From the NCBI GenBank assembly GCA_009103225.1, contig RHPI01001480.1, positions 1 through 6,641 on the forward strand: 6,641 bases of DNA, read 5' to 3'. This document shows positions 1 through 5,722 of the stretch, piece after piece. Every line of letters begins with the position of its first letter. The stretch's first letter is position 1. The translations under genes were made by a program, and so were the position numbers. Source of the stretch: Chlorokybus atmophyticus (taxonomy: Eukaryota > Plantae > Mesostigma and Chlorokybus algae). The notes beneath the pieces were generated by a model. That model was not told where the DNA came from. It worked only from the letters and a program-made list of their open reading frames with translations, and did no database searches.

Positions 1-6
1 GCAGCA

Positions 7-72
7 GGTAATCGGTTGGGTAATCTACAGATTACCCAAATCTATTACCTTACTTAATCGAAACCGATTACC
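7..72. repeat. Nested inverted repeats of the GTAATC/GATTAC family
   Basis: Outer perfect 11-bp arms GGTAATCGGTT (7-17) / AACCGATTACC (62-72). Inner perfect 9-bp arms GGGTAATCT (18-26) / AGATTACCC (29-37). An alternative hairpin is TAATCG (55-60) / CGATTA (65-70). Confidence 0.85.
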
Positions 73-421
73 CCCGGAATGCATAAATGCATTTATCCAT
101 TTATCGCCAGATTAGAGAGATATTACCCCAAAGGTGAAGCTGCAGGTAATTGGGTGGAAATCAATAGATTACCCCGAAGGTGTGCATGCATGTAGCGGCG
201 TGGCGTGAGGAAGGGTAAAGCGGGATGGAACGGGATGCAGGTGCAGTCCGGTCGATTACAGCAGCTGTTAATCGGGTAGGTAGCCTTTAATCGCAGATCA
301 GTGCAATTAATTGATTAGCTGTGGTCGCTGCTGTGTAATCTAAGGCGCAGTGCGGACCAAGTAAGAGCAAACCATCACTAAAAGCTCTGTAGCAGTGGTA
401 GGATTGACTGCCCCTTGCGGC

Positions 422-469
422 TGCGGCAATGCGGCAATGCGGCAATGCGGCGATGCGGCGATGCGGCGA
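422..469 (+). repeat. Tandem 8-mer array (TGCGGCAA)3(TGCGGCGA)3
   Basis: Six contiguous units read directly, preceded by a partial TGCGGC at 416-421. Confidence 0.97.
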
Positions 470-771
470 ACAGCAGTTGCAGTACAGTCATCTGTAGATT
501 AGCTAACGATTAAAGGACTCTCCAGCATTATCTATTGATTATCTTTACCAAGGTGGCTAATTGATCATAATTACCGAGTACTGCATTGCATCCTGGGGCT
601 GCTGGTAATTTTACCGGCTTCCTTCGGAATCGTTAGATTACGCTTACGCTGGTCGATCAATCCCGTTGCATGGTGGTCGCTTAGATTACTAATTAGATTA
701 CCGAGTAAAACAGTGAGGTGCTGTCAGTCTGCAGCAACCCAATTAACGGTTTAGTTTAGTCTGGTTAAGCC

Positions 772-791
772 AATTGCAGCCCAGTCCAGTA
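772..791 (+). repeat. Left arm of a 20-bp perfect inverted repeat (partner 1225-1244)
   Basis: AATTGCAGCCCAGTCCAGTA is the exact reverse complement of TACTGGACTGGGCTGCAATT at 1225-1244. Sixteen bp of it also recur directly at 4549-4564. Confidence 0.93.
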
Positions 792-837
792 AATTGTTGT
801 TTAATCTAGTGTGGTAACGGTGCTTATGAGTAAAATG

Positions 838-888
838 GAGTAAAGTAAAATAGAGTAAAGTAAAATAGAGTAAAGTAAAATAGAGTAA
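838..888 (+). repeat. Tandem 15-mer (GAGTAAAGTAAAATA) x3.4
   Basis: Three exact units (838-852, 853-867, 868-882) plus GAGTAA. Each unit is three pentamers, GAGTA-AAGTA-AAATA. A 10-nt variant precedes it at 828-837. Confidence 0.97.
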
Positions 889-1224
889 GGGACTGGACTG
901 CGGGCTTACTTAACTGGATCCGGTCAGAATGATAAACTGCAAAAGAAGAACGGTTTACTTTACCTTATTCTAGGCCACGCGCCGACACTGGCAAGGATGC
1001 AGAGGTAATGAAATGGATATTTGCATTGCGTGGAGGAGGCAGCATGAACCATGAGCACCCTCTAGCAGCAAATTGCTGAGTATTAAGCAGTAGAAACCCA
1101 CACTGATTTGCGATCGGCCGCAGGGCTGCCTATCTGCTGGTTCTCTCTGCTGCACTCCAGTAAACTGCAGAGCGCAACGCAATTGGGGAGGCTGAGGCTG
1201 CAAAACTGGGGCTGGGGTTAACTC

Positions 1225-1244
1225 TACTGGACTGGGCTGCAATT
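1225..1244 (-). repeat. Right arm of the 20-bp perfect inverted repeat (partner 772-791)
   Basis: Exact reverse complement of 772-791. Confidence 0.93.
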
Positions 1245-1273
1245 AGCTAGAGTATGGTGGAATAATAGTAGGG

Positions 1274-1303
1274 TCAAGGTTTCATAGTTCTTCGAAACCT
1301 TGA
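1274..1303 (+). promoter_or_regulatory. Stem-loop upstream of rpl16 (possible 5' processing or stability element)
   Basis: Perfect 10-bp stem TCAAGGTTTC / GAAACCTTGA with a 10-nt loop, 45 nt before the rpl16 ATG. The structure is seen in the sequence; the function is inferred. Confidence 0.4.
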
Positions 1304-1348
1304 TAAAATAGTTCTTTTAACTAGAAAAAAAAAGATAAATAAATAAAA

Positions 1349-1783
1349 ATGCTAAGTCCAAAGCGTACAAAATATCGTAAATATCAAAAAGGTAGAGTCG
1401 GTGGTATTCGTATGAAAGGCGGTTGTTCCGGTTCACTTGGAGTAACAGGGGAACTTTGTTTTGGAAGATTTGGTTTAAAGTGTGTAGAATCTGGCCGTCT
1501 TTCTGCAAGAGTAATAGAAGCGACCCGACGTGCAATTACCCGCAAATTAAAACGGAAAGGACAAGTTTGGGTTCGTATATTTCCTGATATTCCAGTTAGT
1601 GGGAAACCTGCCGAAGTTCGTATGGGTAAAGGAAAGGGGAACCCAGCGTATTGGGTATCCCGTGTACAAAAAGGACAGGTTTTATTTGAACTCGATCGGG
1701 TTCCTGAAGTTTTAGCGAAACAAGCTGTTCTCAAAGGTTCTCACAAATTGCCCTTAAAAAGTAAATTTTTATTAATTAAATAA
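1349..1783 (+). CDS. rpl16: 50S/mitochondrial large-subunit ribosomal protein L16 (uL16)
   Basis: 144-aa ATG..TAA ORF with uL16 motifs [43 protein letters not shown] and [16 protein letters not shown] and EVRMGKGKG match mitochondrial/alphaproteobacterial copies better than plastid copies (QHRGR, ETRMGSGKG). Confidence 0.98.
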   Translation: MLSPKRTKYRKYQKGRVGGIRMKGGCSGSLGVTGELCFGRFGLKCVESGRLSARVIEATRRAITRKLKRKGQVWVRIFPDIPVSGKPAEVRMGKGKGNPAYWVSRVQKGQVLFELDRVPEVLAKQAVLKGSHKLPLKSKFLLIK

Positions 1784-2076
1784 AAAGCCTTGCAGAGCTC
1801 CCGATGCAGCAGGAGCGCAAACACCCTCTATATGCAAACAGCAATATATAGTGTACCTCCCTTTAAGTGGGGTTAACAACTACCGCATAATTGGTTTCCC
1901 ATTATATACTTTTATCAGGTAAACTTGAGATGTAAGTATAACTACGGTAGTGGGATAGGTCAATACTTTTTGCTTTTTAGGTATTATAAACAAAAATTAG
2001 AGGTCTCCTTTACTCTACCGAACTGGCAGCACGGCCACCGCTAAGAGGTGTAGTCATTGCAGCTGAGCAGTCGGTG

Positions 2077-2094
2077 CTGCATGCATGCATGCAG
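2077..2094. repeat. 18-bp perfect palindrome CTGCATGCATGCATGCAG ((TGCA)n type)
   Basis: Self-complementary. Shorter relatives occur at 183-190, 3392-3401, 5327-5334 and 5641-5652. Confidence 0.9.
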
Positions 2095-2115
2095 ACCCTT
2101 CTATACAAAAAAGAG

Positions 2116-2141
2116 TAAAATTCTTATCTAAAATTCTTATC
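2116..2141 (+). repeat. 13-bp tandem duplication (TAAAATTCTTATC)x2
   Basis: Two exact adjacent copies in the rpl16-rpl14 spacer. Confidence 0.92.
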
Positions 2142-2144
2142 TGT

Positions 2145-2169
2145 AGACAACGATTAAGTTGTCTTTTTT
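2145..2169 (+). terminator. Hairpin plus T-tract between rpl16 and rpl14 (possible 3' end or processing signal)
   Basis: 7-bp stem AGACAAC / GTTGTCT with a 6-nt loop, followed by a T run to 2169. The function is inferred only. Confidence 0.3.
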
Positions 2170-2205
2170 CGCTATTTTTAAATTTAATAAGTATATACAA
2201 AGATT

Positions 2206-2586
2206 ATGATTTCAGTTGGTACAGGTTTACAAATTTCAGATAATTCAAGTGCAAAATTAGTAAAGTGTATAAAAGTACTTGGCAGGGGAAATAATCGAAA
2301 TCCTGCCTTTATTGGCGATACTATAGTAGTCTCATTAAAAGCAGTTACAGCAAAACGACCTAGAAGTAAAATTAACCAAGGAGAAGTACATAAGGCGGTG
2401 ATAGTTGAAATGAAAAAGAAATTATCCCGAAAAGATGGTAATTATTTACAGTTCAATCGAAATGCTGGTATTTTAATTAATTCTCAGATGTTACCTATTG
2501 GGACACGTGTCTTAGGAATAGTGACTTATGAGCTTAGAAGAAAAGGATATTTTAAAATATTATCTTTATCCCCTATTGTAGTTTAA
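2206..2586 (+). CDS. rpl14: Large-subunit ribosomal protein L14 (uL14)
   Basis: 126-aa ATG..TAA ORF with uL14 motifs DNSSAKLVKCIKVLG, IGDTIVVS, KAVIV, FNRNAGILIN, PIGTRVLGIVTYELR and ILSLSP. It lies downstream of rpl16 as in the S10/spc cluster. Confidence 0.97.
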   Translation: MISVGTGLQISDNSSAKLVKCIKVLGRGNNRNPAFIGDTIVVSLKAVTAKRPRSKINQGEVHKAVIVEMKKKLSRKDGNYLQFNRNAGILINSQMLPIGTRVLGIVTYELRRKGYFKILSLSPIVV

Positions 2587-2664
2587 CTTTGGGGTGGCGG
2601 ACAACAACAGCAGTGCAGCCCCAGCATCTTCAAAACCGATTAGGTAAAGATTATAGAATCTTCG

Positions 2665-2695
2665 AAGAAAAGCAGCGACCCCTGCTATTCTTTTT
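2665..2695 (+). terminator. Stem-loop plus T-tract downstream of rpl14
   Basis: AAGAAAAGCAG / CTGCTATTCTT (one mismatch), 6-nt loop, then more T, about 80 nt after the rpl14 stop. The function is inferred only. Confidence 0.25.
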
Positions 2696-3737
2696 CTATT
2701 TGTAGCTGCATTGGAGTGCAGCCACACCTTTTCTTTTCTCTGAAGTTTCACCTTAAATCATTCCGCTCCTCACCTTGCAGAAAATTATGCATGTATAGAG
2801 AGAGGCGCAGTCCGGTCGATTACTACTACTAATCGATTTCGATTGGGGTAATCTTTTGTTTTGATTAAGGTAATCTATTGATTACTTTTCCGAAGCCGAT
2901 TTCGATTACTTGCAGCGCACTATAGAGCCTATTAATGCAGCGAAAAATGCTTATCTATTGATTACCTATCGATTACCTTAGTTTAATGTAGTGCTGCTCC
3001 GCCCCCGCCCCCTGCGCTGCAGTGCATCTTAATTTACTGATCTTAAATAAAGTAAAAAGATCGACTAAAGGTACTTTGTTAGCTGCTTCGATGCAGGGGG
3101 GGTGGCTATCTATCGATTACCTAATCTCCAATTGCCATGAAGATCGGGGGCAACTGCAGCAGCAGTGCAGTACAGCCCAACTTGATTGGCGTACTGTACT
3201 GATGCACCGATCGCAGATCTGTAACAGTAGCGGCTTCTCTTCTGCAGACAGTGGGGTAATACTTTATTAAACTATACAGCACCGTTAGTTTGCTTTACTG
3301 TATTTGGCTCGGGCAGCAACCCACTTTACTGCTGTCTAGGGTAAAAAAAGGTACCCCCTATATCTATATACAGTTCATTTACTTTATACCACTGCATGCA
3401 GCCCACTTCGGTCTCTACAAATCGTTTTCGTTATATAAAGCAGGGTAGATGATATATTGGGCTGTATTTATGCTGGCAGAGCAATATGAGCAATACAAAA
3501 GAGAAAAGTTAAATATCTTAAGTGTTAAATAGATCCGGAAATCAAGTAAAGTGCAGATGCAGGTGGGCAGCTGATGTGGAATTTAGTGTAGTGCTATGAA
3601 GTGCAACACGCAATAAAGTCTTTTTATAAAAGCACAGTATAGTGTAGTAGAATGTTAGCTCTTTCTGTCAATTGCAAAAAAATAAAAGTAATAAAGAATT
3701 TAGAGTTTCTATGAATTAGGCCAAGGTATTTAAGTTT

Positions 3738-3822
3738 TGCGATAGGCGGGATTTGAACCCGCGAGAACTTATAGTTCATTACCACCTCAAAGTAACGTGT
3801 TTACCAATTTCACCACTATCGC
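3738..3822 (-). tRNA. trnL(gag): tRNA-Leu(GAG), class II with long variable arm, 85 nt, CCA not encoded
   Basis: The reverse complement folds as: acceptor GCGATAG/CTATCGC with discriminator A73; D arm GTG-AAATTGGTAAA-CAC; anticodon stem TTACT/GGTAA with loop TT-GAG-GT (U33, G37); variable arm GAACT-ATA-AGTTC; T arm GCGGG-TTCAAAT-CCCGC. Confidence 0.96.
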
Positions 3823-3949
3823 TTCTTTTTAATTTATTACCAAAAATAATTACAAAACAAAGAGGGAATTGCATAAGGGTAATCGGAATGGCTTTTAGTA
3901 AATAATTTATTGATTTGGAGCGAAGCCGGTTGGATTAGGGGGTAATCGG

Positions 3950-3997
3950 TTGACTAAGGGGGTAATTGTAATCGATTACGATTACCCCCTTAGTCAA
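3950..3997. repeat. 48-bp near-perfect spacerless palindrome
   Basis: TTGACTAAGGGGGTAAT-T-GTAATC|GATTAC-G-ATTACCCCCTTAGTCAA: 17-bp perfect outer arms, one T/G mismatch and a perfect 12-bp core palindrome. Confidence 0.95.
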
Positions 3998-4225
3998 TAG
4001 ATTATCTTAATCAAAATTGATTACCTAATGTTAGATTACTTTCAGATAGTATATTTTTAATATAATAAAAGCTAAACTTAACAGTACGATTGCTTTAAGT
4101 GCAATAAAACCCTGTAATTAAATTGTTGCTACTATTCTGTATTGTCTCTTTAATTGTCTCTATCTAAGATTTTTTGTAGCCACTGCAGGCAAAACAGCAC
4201 TGGTATCGTAGATTTGACAGCGGCT

Positions 4226-4252
4226 CACTGCACTGCACTGCACTGCACTGCA
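4226..4252 (+). repeat. Pentanucleotide microsatellite (CACTG)5
   Basis: Five exact units plus CA. It is the reverse complement of the CAGTG run at 4536-4553. Confidence 0.97.
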
Positions 4253-4461
4253 ATCGGCTGCTGCAGGCTGGCTTGCCCGCAGACTGCTGCAGGCTAGGCT
4301 GCACTTCCATGGTTTTAAGGCTTCTTTGAACCCTTTACTGTACTACATTGCGCCGCTGCTCTTAGATTGCATTAGACTACACAATCGGATTAAGCCACCA
4401 CAGTAAGAGTATTAAATTTACACAAACGATAAAGATTACCCAGGGCCTGGGTGGCCACCGT

Positions 4462-4511
4462 CAGATTAGAGAGCCAGATTAGAGAGGCAGATTAGAGAGC
4501 CAGATTAGAGC
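4462..4511 (+). repeat. Tandem 13-mer (CAGATTAGAGAGC) about x3.8
   Basis: Units at 4462-4474, 4475-4487 (last base G) and 4488-4500, with a truncated unit at 4501-4511. A solo 14-bp copy GCCAGATTAGAGAG lies at 106-119. Confidence 0.96.
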
Positions 4512-4530
4512 GTTAGATTACGCTCTATTG

Positions 4531-4575
4531 CAGATCAGTGCAGTGCAGTGCAGCCCAGTCCAGTCCAGTGCAGTC
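4531..4575 (+). repeat. Degenerate pentamer array (CAGNN)9
   Basis: CAGAT CAGTG CAGTG CAGTG CAGCC CAGTC CAGTC CAGTG CAGTC. Confidence 0.93.
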
Positions 4576-5570
4576 TTTAATGAAGCATTCTATAGGCAAA
4601 ACGGCCCCTCCCTGATCGCAGATTGCACACCTTTATTTTTTTTAGTGAATATTTTTTAACGCAATTAGGGGTAGTACCGTAGATCTGACAGCACCTAACT
4701 GCAATCTTCGCTACCTGTTTACAGCGATTGGGCTGCTTGCATCTAGGATGGGGATCGTTAGATGACGCTGCAGCGACCGGAGTCAACCCCAAACCAGCCG
4801 ATCAACAGATTACCCCCCCCGCTACAGTCGCGTTGCTGCAGCTGCCTGTATGTAATGTAAATCTGCTGCAGTAGACATAGACTACCCCTCTTTCGGCCGG
4901 TTCTGCACATAAGTGTGCAGCTGGATATTACTCCACTCTGCTGCATTAGGCTGCAATCGGGTAAATTGCCGTTTCGCTCCTGGTGGAGACAGCACTAAGC
5001 TACACTTTACTGCAGCGCGAGCTGTATGCAGAACAATGCATTGACTAGGCTGCACTGTATATACTTTATACCATTACAGTGGGGTAATTCCATGAAAGAT
5101 TGAGTTTGTAAGATAGGATAAAAGTAAGGCGCAGTGCGGTCTAATAGACAATTGATGTAATTGGCGCATTGCAATTTATTTTTAGGACCCAATTCCACCG
5201 ATTGCAAAACTGTTCTACACTATAAAATGCAAGAAAGGCGGTTTAAAAACCACTGAGAGCACGGCGGCTGCTGCTGACAAACAGCACGGTGACTGGGTTG
5301 CTGTTTGCGAAATGCAACTCCGAGAATGCATGCAAAAGCAAGAAAGCAGTTACTGTAGGTGGCTACTCCAACAAAGTTGAACCGCATGTAGCGGTACAGC
5401 AAGCCGTTGCACCCTTTTAAAAGTATTAAGATGAGAGCTGCAGCCTGCACTCCACCGTTTTATTCTATAAATATGATAAAAGGGGGTGCAGTTTAGTCTA
5501 ATAAAGTGCAGCTCAGTAGATGGGGAGGGGTAAGGTGCTGTTTGTCTGGAGCAGTCCAATAAAGTCCCGT

Positions 5571-5625
5571 CAGTACAGTCCAATCTAGTCTAGTGCAATT
5601 AAGTCTACTCTAATAAAGTGCAGCA
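5571..5625 (+). repeat. Degenerate pentamer array (NAGTN-like) x11
   Basis: CAGTA CAGTC CAATC TAGTC TAGTG CAATT AAGTC TACTC TAATA AAGTG CAGCA. Its 3' part TCTAATAAAGTGCAGC (5609-5624) is duplicated at 5497-5512. Confidence 0.8.
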
Positions 5626-5722
5626 CCTATTTGCTTCCCGATGCATGCATGCTCTGCATGGCTGCAGCCGGGGTGTAGTGTTTGAAATATCGAATAAAAG
5701 ATTTGTTAAAGTATATAATGAT

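Noticed and set aside
970-1242. 90-aa minus-strand ORF
   Set aside because: It begins within the inverted-repeat arm, is rich in C/Q/L/P from TGCA and pentamer repeats, and has no recognisable domain.
1317-1734. Two minus-strand ORFs (1317-1535 and 1384-1734)
   Set aside because: They are antisense shadows of the clearly conserved rpl16 and contain no recognisable motifs.
2998-3102. C-rich tract (2998-3012) and G7 (3096-3102) as a G-quadruplex or long stem
   Set aside because: There is only 8 bp of complementarity and too few closely spaced G3+ runs for a canonical quadruplex.
2566-3270. ORFs 2566-2751 (-) and 3022-3270 (+)
   Set aside because: They are short and repeat-derived, one overlaps the rpl14 end antisense, and neither resembles rpl5 or another mitochondrial gene.
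422-4511. Tandem arrays as possible CRISPR or iteron arrays
   Set aside because: Units are 5-15 bp and contiguous with no unique spacers, and there are no cas or rep genes.
5019-5053. GAGCTGTATGCAGAACAATGCATTGACTAGGCTG resembles a group II intron domain V (AGC triad plus ATGCA/TGCAT stem)
   Set aside because: It has no GNRA loop, a poorly paired lower stem and no domain VI or adjacent exon, and it is easily produced by the TGCA excess. An Rfam Intron_gpII (RF00029) search would settle it.
4577-5583. Five short minus-strand ORFs (62-77 aa)
   Set aside because: They overlap one another in different frames, have Cys/Gln-rich composition explained by TGCA/CAG repeats, and lack the A/T-rich codon style of the real genes.
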